Assembly: GCA_963767735.1 (NCBI GenBank)
Contig: CAVYES010000002.1
Coordinates: 192,001-256,000 of the forward strand
Length of the DNA: 64,000 nucleotides
Direction: 5' to 3'
From: Candidatus Bathyarchaeota archaeon
GTDB lineage: Archaea > Thermoproteota > Bathyarchaeia > Bathyarchaeales > Bathycorpusculaceae
Both the position numbers and the translations under genes were made by a program. Shown here piece after piece: positions 18,714 to 28,033 of this stretch (position 1 is the first letter of the stretch; every line of letters starts with the position of its first letter). Below the pieces are notes generated by a model. It made no database searches. It worked only from the letters and a program-made list of their open reading frames with translations, and was not told the origin of the DNA.

Positions 18714-19676
18714 TTGACAACTCAAGAATGGAAATTCACAGCAAAAGATATTGCATCTACACCAGACCTATTTCTTTCAGGCCACAGAGCATGCGCAGGC
18801 TGCGGACCAGCAACAACGCTTCGTTTAATCATGAAAGCGACTCGTGGACCCACAATTGTGACTCAGGCAACCGGCTGCATGGAAATAGTCGGGTCAATTT
18901 ACCCGTACACATCTTGGGCGCTGCCGTGGCTGCATACGGCTTTTGAGAATGCCGCTGCGAACGCTTCGGGCATCGATGCCGCTTTGAAGGCCATGAGCAA
19001 GAAGGGCAAAGTGAAAGAGCACATTGACATTATTGCGATAGCTGGTGACGGCGGAACTTACGATATTGGCTTGCAAGCTTTGTCTGGTGCTGTTGAACGT
19101 GGACATGACTTCCTGTTTATCCTCTATGATAATGAGGGTTATATGAACACTGGAATACAAAGAAGCAGTTCAACACCTTTGGGAGCAGCAACAACAACTA
19201 CTCCTGCGGGCTCAGTGAACCCAGGCAAACTTGAGAAGAAAAAACCGATCGATGAGATTATGCTGGCTCATGACATACCATACGTGGCTACTGCATCAAC
19301 CTACTACTGGAAAGATATGTTGACAAAAGTCCGGAAAGGCTTAGAAGTAGAAGGACCAGCATTCCTGCATGTCTTTGCGCCTTGCCCAAGAGGTTGGCGC
19401 TCTGAACCAGCCAAAACCATAGAGTACTCCAAGTTAGCGGTGGAATCCTGCGTGTTCCCACTTTGGGAAGCAGTAAACGGCAAACGTCAGCTTTCAATAC
19501 CAAGCAAATTGATTGCATTGGCACCGCAAAAAAAGAGGCCCGTTAAAGATTATCTTGCAGGTCAAGGCAGGTTTAGGCACCTCTTTACTCCACAAAACCA
19601 GCACATAGTAACTGAGATGCAAACCATAACCGACGAAAACTGGCAAAAGCTACTCCAAAAATGCGAGGCAGCATAA
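18714..19676 (+). CDS. porB: POR beta subunit
   Basis: GHRACAGCG, GDGG TPP motif, YMNTGIQRS. Confidence 0.95.
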   Translation: MTTQEWKFTAKDIASTPDLFLSGHRACAGCGPATTLRLIMKATRGPTIVTQATGCMEIVGSIYPYTSWALPWLHTAFENAAANASGIDAALKAMSKKGKVKEHIDIIAIAGDGGTYDIGLQALSGAVERGHDFLFILYDNEGYMNTGIQRSSSTPLGAATTTTPAGSVNPGKLEKKKPIDEIMLAHDIPYVATASTYYWKDMLTKVRKGLEVEGPAFLHVFAPCPRGWRSEPAKTIEYSKLAVESCVFPLWEAVNGKRQLSIPSKLIALAPQKKRPVKDYLAGQGRFRHLFTPQNQHIVTEMQTITDENWQKLLQKCEAA

Positions 19677-19677
19677 A

Positions 19678-19718
19678 CTCTTTTCTTTTTACTTGTTTTT
19701 TGTTTTGATTTTTGTTTG
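19678..19718 (+). terminator. Oligo-T terminator after porB
   Basis: Stacked T runs between convergent genes. Confidence 0.55.
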
Positions 19719-19739
19719 AATAAAATTAAAAAGAATGGT

Positions 19740-20963
19740 TTAGTGGATGTTGTTTTCTGGCAGGATTTTTAGTATGCGGAGGACTTTTCTGAATTCTTCT
19801 TCTTTCAATGATGCTCTTCTGCCGTTTGCGTAGATGTCTTTTACTTTTTCCACTACGATGGCTACGGTTTGGTCGTCTGGCTCATTTCCTGCAAGCTCAG
19901 TTATTTTGTGTTTGATTATGCCTTTTCCCGACTGCTTCCCAATCGTTAAACGACGCTCGTTACCGACCAGTTCAGGAGGGTAAGGCTCATAGGTCCACGG
20001 GTCATTTAAAACGCCGTGCGTGTGTATTCCCGATTCATGTGCAAACCCGTAGTCGCCGACGATTGCCTTGTTTGGCGGAACCACGTAGCCTGTTGCTTTG
20101 CCTATATAATCAGCGGTTTGCTTTAACTTCTGGGTTTTACCCTCGAACTTTTTGACGCCATAATGCAGGTACAGGTTTAGCAGTACTTTTTCGGTTTCAG
20201 CATTGCCTGCCCGTTCGCCGATACCAAGATACGTGGTGCTGGCGTAAACTTTTTCCCATACGCCTGAAGCTGCCTTAATTGCAGCCATCGTGTTTTCTAC
20301 AGCGTTCCCGAAGTCGTCGTGGGCATGAATCTCTATGGCGGCGATCTTTGTTTGTTTCTTTATGGCTACTACTTTGGCTGGCACACCGATGGGTAAAGGA
20401 GCCAGTGGGTCAGATAAGCCGATGCCGACTGTGTCGCAGATACGGTAGCATTCGGCGCCTGCATCAGCAACGGCGTTGATCAGGTTTTTTTCAAAATTCC
20501 AGTCTGCCCGCGTACTATCTTCTCCGTGAACGAAAGTTCTCAATCCGCAAGTTTTAGCTGCATATTCAACTACGTTAACGATGTTGGCTAAGATTTGTTC
20601 TTTGGTTTTTTCAGGCCACTTAGCCTTAAAATGTATGTCAGAGACAGGATGAGAAATGCCAACTTCCTTAAACCCGCATGCTACGGCGCTGTCAATGTCC
20701 TCTTTTAATGCTCTGCACCAGCCGGCGACGCGCAAATCAAGGTTCAAATCTTGGATGAGTTTTGCTGCTTTCTTGTCTGGGTCTTGATAGTGGAATAGTT
20801 CGATGCGTTCGACGCCGATTTCGCTTAGGAACTGGGCTATTTTCGCGGAGTCTTTTGGTCCAGCGGCTAAGCCTGGCATTTGAATGCCGTCACGCAAGGT
20901 AGTATCATCTATGATGGGTTCCGTTTTTAGGGGCAGTTTGAAATAGAAGTCTTGTAGGTCCAT
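19740..20963 (-). CDS. DRE-TIM acyltransferase (homocitrate/isopropylmalate/Re-citrate synthase family)
   Basis: DTTLRDG, HAHDDFG, GERAGNA, FAHESGIH; no LeuA regulatory domain. Confidence 0.9.
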   Translation of the reverse strand: MDLQDFYFKLPLKTEPIIDDTTLRDGIQMPGLAAGPKDSAKIAQFLSEIGVERIELFHYQDPDKKAAKLIQDLNLDLRVAGWCRALKEDIDSAVACGFKEVGISHPVSDIHFKAKWPEKTKEQILANIVNVVEYAAKTCGLRTFVHGEDSTRADWNFEKNLINAVADAGAECYRICDTVGIGLSDPLAPLPIGVPAKVVAIKKQTKIAAIEIHAHDDFGNAVENTMAAIKAASGVWEKVYASTTYLGIGERAGNAETEKVLLNLYLHYGVKKFEGKTQKLKQTADYIGKATGYVVPPNKAIVGDYGFAHESGIHTHGVLNDPWTYEPYPPELVGNERRLTIGKQSGKGIIKHKITELAGNEPDDQTVAIVVEKVKDIYANGRRASLKEEEFRKVLRILKILPENNIH

Positions 20964-21145
20964 TTTTATTATTCGTTCCTTTCTCTGTTTCTCTCTCTGA
21001 GTATTTTTAATTATAAAATCGCTTCTGTAAAATTAATAAACGTTTCTATAGTACTTTTGTAATTTTGTTCAAGCAAATATGTTACTTAGTAACGGTGTGT
21101 CTTGTCAAATGGGAAAAAAAACTTTACACATAAACCTAGCAAAAG

Positions 21146-21460
21146 CTATTTTGCGCGTGCGTACAGCGCTTTAAGCGTGCCCGAAACGCCCAAAACACGC
21201 ACAGCTGCTTCCCTCCCACCAACGCTGGTGATTGCAGCCAAAGAAGCTCTCACCATACTCAGCGAAGCCAATGAGACCCTAAGCACAGCAACTTTGCGTT
21301 CCACGTCAAACTCGATCAATGCTAAACCAGTTAAGCTTGCCCCCACCTCGCCGTATAGCTTGGTTACTGCTGCCCAAACTGCATCAATAAATTCGCGTTC
21401 AGCAGGCACAGCGTCGCATTCCAGTTGCAAGGCTATGTAGCGCCGTTTGACCCGCTTCAA
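21146..21460 (-). CDS. rnp2: RNase P protein Pop5/Rpp14
   Basis: KRRYI, LYGEVG, VLGVSGTLK. Confidence 0.9.
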   Translation of the reverse strand: MKRVKRRYIALQLECDAVPAEREFIDAVWAAVTKLYGEVGASLTGLALIEFDVERKVAVLRVSLASLSMVRASLAAITSVGGREAAVRVLGVSGTLKALYARAK

Positions 21461-22191
21461 GATGGCTTGCCCTCCCTGACTATGCTGATGCCCGGCGCCA
21501 CAAATCGGCTGCTGAGTTTTTCACGGTTGCGAGACACGATTGCTGCTGGGCTGGTTGAGGTTGCGTCTAAAGCTTGAGCTTCATCTAGCCCGAACAAGAA
21601 AGCTAAACTTGCCAAGTCTCTTGGCAATCGCATAAGTCGCTCCTCCGCTACGCCGCTTGAAACAACTATGGGCACTTTGAATTCCCGTGCAATTGCGATT
21701 TCTCGGAGTAAACTCGTCAGCAGCCTAACACGTGGTGGGCCTTCCAAAATCAAAAGAGGTTTAACATCCACTTCCAGGGCGGCTAGGCTGCAGCTAGCTA
21801 ATTCGGCTTCTGCGCGGTCAAAAAACCGTTTATGATAGTCAAGGCTGGGAAAGTTTAGGAGGTCAACGCGCCTGTCTTTTGCCGCTTGCCTCGCCATATC
21901 CTTGCTATCGCATAAGATGCAAATTACTTCGAATCGTCGCCTGAACTTTCGCAGAAAATGGGTTAGGTCGTTTTCCGATCTTGGATAGAAATCTGCTCGC
22001 GAAACAAAATCTAAGCCTACTTCGCTACAGGCGGCTGTAAGCTGGGTTAATTCTTCTTCGCTTAGTTTTGAAGTGAAAGGGACAGATATTTGGCGATAGC
22101 CTGAGCGTGCGGCTTTGCCGATAAGGCGGCGTGTTGCCTGTTGATCTTTAGGGTTAACACGTAAATGCAAATCTGCAAACGCACGGGTCAT
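21457..22191 (-). CDS. rnp3: RNase P protein Rpp30
   Basis: RRVDLL, PIVVSSG, R.PRDL; adjacent to Pop5. Confidence 0.88.
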   Translation of the reverse strand: MTRAFADLHLRVNPKDQQATRRLIGKAARSGYRQISVPFTSKLSEEELTQLTAACSEVGLDFVSRADFYPRSENDLTHFLRKFRRRFEVICILCDSKDMARQAAKDRRVDLLNFPSLDYHKRFFDRAEAELASCSLAALEVDVKPLLILEGPPRVRLLTSLLREIAIAREFKVPIVVSSGVAEERLMRLPRDLASLAFLFGLDEAQALDATSTSPAAIVSRNREKLSSRFVAPGISIVREGKPS

Positions 22192-22634
22192 GACAGCAAC
22201 CCAGCGCTCCTGCACAGATCAGTTATTTCCGCAGCCGATTTGTTTTTGAAGTGAATTTTGAAATGGACGGGGTCGTTTTGCGTGAACTTTATGTTTCCCA
22301 AATAGGCTGATTGCTTATCGAAGCGTAGGTACAGGTTTCCTTTTTCTAAATGGAGTTTCAAGTCACGACTAAACTCGTCCTTGTCGAGCGAATTTAACCC
22401 TGAACCAATTTTTTCAAGAGCTACCGGAAGAAGTTTTTTATCTGTAAGTTTAACGGTTAAAAGGGTGATGGGGTTTCCGTAATGCCCCGTTAAACTTGTT
22501 GTTTGGAAAATAATGGCTTGAGCCAGTTCCTCTGGTAACAGGTTGCGCACGGCTGCTTGGACTTTCTCGTTGTCCTCGGTTGCGTGAACGAAGACTCGAA
22601 TGTCAATGTAGGCTATTGGCGGTTTAGAAGACAT
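22188..22634 (-). CDS. DUF54 RNA-binding protein (exosome-superoperon type)
   Basis: HATED, GHYGNPI, LYLRFDKQSAY. Confidence 0.88.
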   Translation of the reverse strand: MSSKPPIAYIDIRVFVHATEDNEKVQAAVRNLLPEELAQAIIFQTTSLTGHYGNPITLLTVKLTDKKLLPVALEKIGSGLNSLDKDEFSRDLKLHLEKGNLYLRFDKQSAYLGNIKFTQNDPVHFKIHFKNKSAAEITDLCRSAGLLS

Positions 22635-22659
22635 TTGACACCGATTTTGTTTTGGTCTA

Positions 22660-22932
22660 CTAGCTTTTAGCTTTTTTCTTTGGTTTGGCTTCGGGCGCGA
22701 TTTTGGTAGGTTTTGGTTTTGCGGCTACCGCTGCTTTTGCTTTTTCCGCGCACTCCTTTATGCATGTGATGTTTTCGTCATGTGCCGATTTTCTTTTGAC
22801 GTCCACAGGTAACCCGATTTGTCGGGCTTGCTGCTTGTTTACTCCTGCTTTTTCCAGTTCGGTGGTGCTGAATCCTTTGCCGATGTTTGATTTCTTGTTG
22901 TGCTTCGTTATTACGACTTTGATTTGACGCAT
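22660..22932 (-). CDS. rpl13e: Ribosomal protein L13e
   Basis: GKGFS..EL..AG, GLPVD.KRKS.H.EN. Confidence 0.85.
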   Translation of the reverse strand: MRQIKVVITKHNKKSNIGKGFSTTELEKAGVNKQQARQIGLPVDVKRKSAHDENITCIKECAEKAKAAVAAKPKPTKIAPEAKPKKKAKS

Positions 22933-22937
22933 AAAAT

Positions 22938-23552
22938 CTATCTTCCCGGGTTTGGTTTTCTGCCAGTGGGTTGTGCTCGTTTTCTTGCTCCTCTGCGGTG
23001 GCTCGGTCTGGCTTTTTCTGCTCCTGCTCCGCGGTGGTGTAATCCTCTGACGTTTTTGCCTGCGCTAGTTAGGCTTCTGAAGACTCTGCTTGTGTGCTGT
23101 TTTTCTGTGATCCAGTTGACGTCTTTGTCTGTTTTTATAACAGGGCTTTTCGGGTCGAGCAGTATGACTTCGAACCATTTGTGTTTGCCGTCTTCGCCTA
23201 CCCAGTAACTGTTGAGAACTTCCATGTTTGGGAAATGCTTTGCTGTACGTTCTTCAGCGATGAGCCTTATGCTTTTGGCTGGTTTAAATTTGGCGACTCC
23301 CATGCGTTTGGGGCGTCTGCCTGAGCGCGGGCGTTTCTTTCGTAGTCCGCCTCTGCGCACTTTTGTGCGTGCCACTACGAAGCCTTGTTTGGCCTTGTAG
23401 CCTAGTTTTCTTGCACGGTCAAGCCTTGTCGGATGCTCAATGCGAAGTGTCGAGGGCTGCTTTCGCCACTGCACCAATCTTTCCCGCATGAGTTCCTCAA
23501 CGAAGGATTTTTCCGGTTGAGACCACTCTTCCGCGATGTATTTATATGCCAT
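22938..23552 (-). CDS. rpl15e: Ribosomal protein L15e
   Basis: [33 protein letters not shown]. Confidence 0.97.
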   Translation of the reverse strand: MAYKYIAEEWSQPEKSFVEELMRERLVQWRKQPSTLRIEHPTRLDRARKLGYKAKQGFVVARTKVRRGGLRKKRPRSGRRPKRMGVAKFKPAKSIRLIAEERTAKHFPNMEVLNSYWVGEDGKHKWFEVILLDPKSPVIKTDKDVNWITEKQHTSRVFRSLTSAGKNVRGLHHRGAGAEKARPSHRRGARKRAQPTGRKPNPGR

Positions 23553-23582
23553 TTTTTCGTTTTTCCTCCTAAATGCTTCATT

Positions 23583-23636
23583 TGCTTACGGTTCAGCCTT
23601 ACGGCCACATCCCAACGGACACGATTGTCCGCCTGC
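23583..23636 (-). promoter_or_regulatory. Structured 5' leader of rpl15e (candidate eL15 r-leader)
   Basis: Hairpins GCGGACA-ATCG-TGTCCGT and GGCC-GTAA-GGCT flanked by GGGATGT and GAACC; archaeal eL15 leaders are known. Confidence 0.55.
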
Positions 23637-23773
23637 AATTTCACATCATAGCACCATGCAATGAAATAAACCTTTCCAGAAACTAAAGAGCCTTTAACAC
23701 TACTTTATTCTCTTAAACACTTGTCTTACACCCCTAATTTTTGAGCGTACGATTTCTATGTTGTCGATGTTTC

Positions 23774-24604
23774 CTATGCTTTCTTGAATACTCTTGTTAC
23801 GTCTTCGAGTTTTGAGCCGACGATTTCTATGTTGTCGATGTTTCCTAAGCCTTTTTGGGCGGCTGTTCGTATGTGTGAGATTTCGTGGGGGTCGAAGCCC
23901 ATGATTCTGGCGGTGGTCGCGTCTGTGGCAACGACGTCTTTTCCTGCGGTAATGAGGTCCATTTTGACTGGGGTGCCGCCGGTTGGTCCGTGCCCTTCCA
24001 TTGCGACGAAGCCGTCGATTACTGTTAATGCTGGTTTGATTACTGTGTTTATGTCTACTACGACTTTGCTTATGCCCTGGGCGTGATACTTGAATTTAAG
24101 CTTGTCAGGAAGGAGCCCGAACATGTTTTTCATGCCCAAAGTGACTTTGGTAGCCATGTGAGTTTTCATTTTTGCAGCACTTATCACGGCAGATTCTGTG
24201 ACGATGCGCGGCACTTTAATGCTGCCTAAAGTTTCGCAGTCGGGGATAGAAATTTTGACTTTGTCTTTTTGGTACCGCAAATTGAGGAATTCCACGCCGT
24301 TTCGTTGGCACATTTCCTTCATGCCTGTGGCTTCATAGGCTTTGTCAGCGTTAGTCATGGTTGCGTCTGATTCCACAACGAAGATTTCAAGGGGCAAATC
24401 TCCAAGCTTTTTTATTATGGCTTCAACCACTATCGGGTCGGTTGTTGCTCCTGACTCCCATATTTCAGTGCATATGAAATTGACTTTTATGAGGGCTTTC
24501 TTGTAACCCGAAAAGCATGATTTGTAATCTACTAAGTCAAGGGCCCTAAAAACAGGTTCATGCCCTCTCTCGCCCTTCACAACTGCGACCGTCGATTTCT
24601 CCGT
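23774..24604 (-). CDS. DUF362 Fe-S protein
   Basis: LIKVN, TTDP, KMKTH, TLGMKNMFG, EGHGP; frame extends to ACG at 24604. Confidence 0.85.
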   Translation of the reverse strand, partial: TEKSTVAVVKGERGHEPVFRALDLVDYKSCFSGYKKALIKVNFICTEIWESGATTDPIVVEAIIKKLGDLPLEIFVVESDATMTNADKAYEATGMKEMCQRNGVEFLNLRYQKDKVKISIPDCETLGSIKVPRIVTESAVISAAKMKTHMATKVTLGMKNMFGLLPDKLKFKYHAQGISKVVVDINTVIKPALTVIDGFVAMEGHGPTGGTPVKMDLITAGKDVVATDATTARIMGFDPHEISHIRTAAQKGLGNIDNIEIVGSKLEDVTRVFKKA

Positions 24605-24964
24605 TTAAGACACCAACCCTTATTGGCTCAATTAAGCTTTAAACGTTTACCATCACTCAACACCCACATTGGAAATACGCAAAATCAAAAAGCAACGTTT
24701 CACGTAGAAAGTGCACGGCTTTAAGTCAGTGCAGTCCAATATTGAATTATGTCTGGAACCCATTGAAACTGCGTGAAAACTTGAGATAAGCCCTGACAAA
24801 TAAGCCATCTTAGGCATAAATGCTCTATTAGAACAGTCAGTCTATGTGGCCACCGCTTGGATAGTTTTGGAAGAAGAAAAACGGTTCCATTAAGCTTCTT
24901 CTTCTCTTAAAAAAAACCGCCAATAAAATTTTGATAATCGCAATTGCTGGGGAGCGCCTATTTG

Positions 24965-25105
24965 GATCATGTAGAAAACCGGGAAGGCAGGTTGTGAGAG
25001 AGAAAGACCAATGGGTAGGCTTGAGCACATAACTGCTGCTTCCTACAGGGTACCCTAATATTTGTGCAAAAAAGCAACCGCAAAAACCAGGACTAAAAGC
25101 CCAAC
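24965..25105 (-). repeat. Dispersed 3'-flanking element, copy X
   Basis: Shares collinear blocks with 28853-28969 in inverted orientation. Confidence 0.55.
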
Positions 25106-25112
25106 TTTTAAG

Positions 25113-25643
25113 TTAGCTCGATTCGTCGATGCTTTTTTTGTACAGTGCCTTATTAATTACTCGTACATCAAGGTTTTGTTTGGCAGCCGTTTTCCTAATT
25201 ACCCCGAGCAGTTTTAGGTAATTCTGGGCTGTTAACAGGTTAGGCGGTGGATTACCAAGTAGAGCCTTCCACACTGTTGCGTCAAAGATGCAGTATTGTT
25301 TTGGGTCGAAAAAAGCGAGGATAACGCTGGCTAACATGGGGCTTACCCCTTCGAGCAGTGTGAGGCAGTTCATTCGGTAAGCGTCTTCGCATGATGGAAT
25401 GCTTAAAGCTTGGCTGGATAAGCGATTAACCGTGTCCTCATTGTTTCGGCTTACTAACTCTAAAACCCGCGTTTTCTTCTCTGAATCTTCTATGAATTTC
25501 CATTCAACCACCTGAGCTAAGTCAGCTATAGTTAATGCTTTCGCTTTTCGGAATTTAGAGCCCAACTCCCGTTCTCTCTGAGCCTGCCACCCGAAGGCTT
25601 TATCGTATTTGCGGCTCCACTTCAAAAAATCAGCTTTATCCAC
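25113..25643 (-). CDS. HhH-GPD superfamily DNA glycosylase-like protein
   Basis: VEWKF, LEGVSPMLASVILAFFDP...IFD; GTG start after GGTGA. Confidence 0.65.
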   Translation of the reverse strand: MDKADFLKWSRKYDKAFGWQAQRERELGSKFRKAKALTIADLAQVVEWKFIEDSEKKTRVLELVSRNNEDTVNRLSSQALSIPSCEDAYRMNCLTLLEGVSPMLASVILAFFDPKQYCIFDATVWKALLGNPPPNLLTAQNYLKLLGVIRKTAAKQNLDVRVINKALYKKSIDESS

Positions 25644-25735
25644 GTAATCACCATGCAATGGATAATTGATAATTAGCTTCCTTTTCTGCTTTTGCACAAA
25701 AAACTAATCAAAAATAAATTAAGAAGGGGTGAAGG

Positions 25736-25861
25736 TTAGTTTTGGTCTACTAAATGGGCTGTTCCGTCGGGGCAGTAGACTTTTTCGTCTTTGCTGACGC
25801 GTCTGTAGCGTTCACTGCACATGTGCAGGAGCGAGCATCCGTCACAATCTCTACTCAGCAT
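25736..25861 (-). CDS. 41-aa Cys/His microprotein (not in ORF track)
   Basis: MLSRDCDGCSLLHMCSERYRRVSKDEKVYCPDGTAHLVDQN; GAGGAGG SD; TTATAAG box upstream. Confidence 0.7.
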   Translation of the reverse strand: MLSRDCDGCSLLHMCSERYRRVSKDEKVYCPDGTAHLVDQN

Positions 25862-26056
25862 TTCTTCGCCTCCTCTTAGAGCGTTTAACATCGGTGAAAT
25901 CCGCTTATAAGGCTATGTAATATGCATGTATATACATACAAGAACAAATTACCTGCACTTCTTACGTGCAGTACATGTCTTGTAAGCAATGCAGTTCCCC
26001 GAGCAGGAGATGGCTACTAATAGTAAAAACGGTTGGGATTAACGCGCGGCTTTTTT

Positions 26057-26695
26057 CTAGCCGTTCTTATTAGATCTATGGGAAGGCCAGCATTTCTGGC
26101 AGTACACGGGTCGGTCAGCGTGGGGTTGAAATGGCACTTTACATTCGCAACCACAGTCGCTACAAACTGCGGTGTAAGCTGTTTCTTGATGAAACTGGCT
26201 AAACAAATGGTAGTTCTTGAGTCGCGGCCAACCTGTCTTGGCGTAGCGTAGCATATCAGGGTTATTTTTTAGCCAGCGCATCATATGAAAGAAGCTTTTA
26301 CCTCTTTTTTCTTCACGTTCAGCCAACGGTTCGTAGCCTAAGTTGCGGATTTCGTCTAGGTAAGCGATTTCTGTTAGCCTCTGCGCTTCGCCGACGACTC
26401 TTATGCGTTTAACGCGGTCTTCGCCGTAAACTTTGCGGAGCTCCTCAGCGGCTACGTCGAAGATGCAGCCTTGACAAATGTGAATTTCATCATCTGGCTT
26501 AAGGTTAAACCATGCAGCAAGTTTAGAAACGATGCGTGAGGCCTCTTGAAGGTACTCTTTTTCGCGAAAGATTTCTTGGTAGAATCTAACGTCAATCATG
26601 TCGTATTTGAAGTCGCCTGTTTCTTCCCGGTAAGCACCGATTACTACGCCGAAAAGTAAGTCACCGCTGCCTGCATCGTCAACAATAAGCGTCAA
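26057..26695 (-). CDS. RNase HII-like fold protein with C-terminal CxxC-x17-CxxC ribbon
   Basis: IVDDAGSGD resembles GIDEAGRG; CSDCG...VPFQP...PVYCQKC. Confidence 0.7.
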   Translation of the reverse strand: MTLIVDDAGSGDLLFGVVIGAYREETGDFKYDMIDVRFYQEIFREKEYLQEASRIVSKLAAWFNLKPDDEIHICQGCIFDVAAEELRKVYGEDRVKRIRVVGEAQRLTEIAYLDEIRNLGYEPLAEREEKRGKSFFHMMRWLKNNPDMLRYAKTGWPRLKNYHLFSQFHQETAYTAVCSDCGCECKVPFQPHADRPVYCQKCWPSHRSNKNG

Positions 26696-26798
26696 ATTTT
26701 TAGTGACCTCACTTCATCCAAGCAATGCTTAATTGGTATAAAAATAATCCTCCCAAAAAGAAACAGAACTGATGGAGTTTATCTACCTGTTGCCGTCG

Positions 26799-27434
26799 CT
26801 AACTGCTGCTTAATACTTCAGCAGGGCTTTGTGACGTGCTTATTACGCCTTTTTTCCCAAGACGCAGTTGCTTCTCGCCTCTAAAAACGCATATATGCGA
26901 ATTCTTTATTTCAATGTTATCTCCGACTGCGACGGCGTTTATTTGTCCTTCCCATAGGCAAAGCTTGATTTTTCCCGTTTCGTCTCCAACCAAAGCGTTA
27001 ACTACTCTGACAGTATTGCCAAATTGCGTGTGAACCTGTACCGGCTTAGGAATCTCTAGAACCTCAGCTTTAACATTAACCCTTTTCATACAAGCTCTCA
27101 AATCGTGAATCGAAGTAAAAACCGAATCAATATTTTGTTTAGCGATTTTTTTGCATATTTTATCCGTTGTCATCCAGCTTTCGAAAGGATTGTCTTTTCT
27201 CAACAGGAATTCTTCATCGACTCTGAACTGAGCCACAGCGTTATTGTCTTTTTTTATTAGAAAAATTATTTCATCTTTCACTTTACCGCGGTATTCAACT
27301 GTAAGGGTGCCGCAGACGGCTTTTTCGTTGTCTTTTGCTTTTATAAGCGCTTGGAAGACTTCAGAGGGGTAAATGTTGTGTTTTACTGAAAGAAGAGCAA
27401 TGTGCTCTCCTAAAGTTGATTTTTTCTGTCTCAC
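26799..27434 (-). CDS. OB-fold SSB/RPA-like protein with N-terminal extension
   Basis: VGDETGKIKLCLW, FRGEKQLRLG. Confidence 0.85.
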   Translation of the reverse strand: MRQKKSTLGEHIALLSVKHNIYPSEVFQALIKAKDNEKAVCGTLTVEYRGKVKDEIIFLIKKDNNAVAQFRVDEEFLLRKDNPFESWMTTDKICKKIAKQNIDSVFTSIHDLRACMKRVNVKAEVLEIPKPVQVHTQFGNTVRVVNALVGDETGKIKLCLWEGQINAVAVGDNIEIKNSHICVFRGEKQLRLGKKGVISTSQSPAEVLSSS

Positions 27435-27796
27435 ATTTCTTCTCCCATGTGTCTGTCAGAGTAAGGAGAAAAAGCAAACACAAAGTGTTCCATACTTTCT
27501 CTCAATATTTTGAATGCCTACAATATAACGAAGCGTACCTATATTAGCTTGAATGTACAAAAAACGTTTTTTTCCGAATTTTTAAGGAAATTTTAAACCT
27601 CGAGTCACAATAATAAAAAACATTCGAAATGCTCATCTTTATTTGTCTCTTTCTCTTGTAGAAAAGGTTGGGTTAATTTTTTATGGTTAAATCGAAGATA
27701 GGAAGCATTCAATTTATAAGCGTGGAAAACAAGTTAAATGGTAGTGTGTAAAAAGCAATTTTTGCACAGCAAATGTAGTAGGAGTTGAAATAGCGA

Positions 27797-27937
27797 ATGT
27801 ATAATAACCGAGAAATGCACAAGGCAACCTGCGCTGACTGCGGAAAAGAATGCGATGTTCCTTTCAAGCCAGACGGCTCCAGGCCAGTTTATTGCCGTGA
27901 GTGCTACGCAAAACGAAGACCACCAAGAAGATATTAA
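27797..27937 (+). CDS. Stand-alone CxxC-x17-CxxC protein, 46 aa (not in ORF track)
   Basis: MYNNREMHKATCADCGKECDVPFKPDGSRPVYCRECYAKRRPPRRY; TATA at 27713, T-rich terminator after. Confidence 0.92.
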   Translation: MYNNREMHKATCADCGKECDVPFKPDGSRPVYCRECYAKRRPPRRY

Positions 27938-28033
27938 GCTTATTAGCTGAACATCTTTTAGTTTGTCCTTATTAGTTTCTTTTTATTTTTTATCTTTTTA
28001 TGTTGCAGGCAACCGCAACTATTTACAATTTAA

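Noticed and set aside
24650-24700. Fifth leader copy (gttgctttttgatttt on the minus strand)
   Set aside because: Only the first ~16 bp match and no 10-bp array follows.
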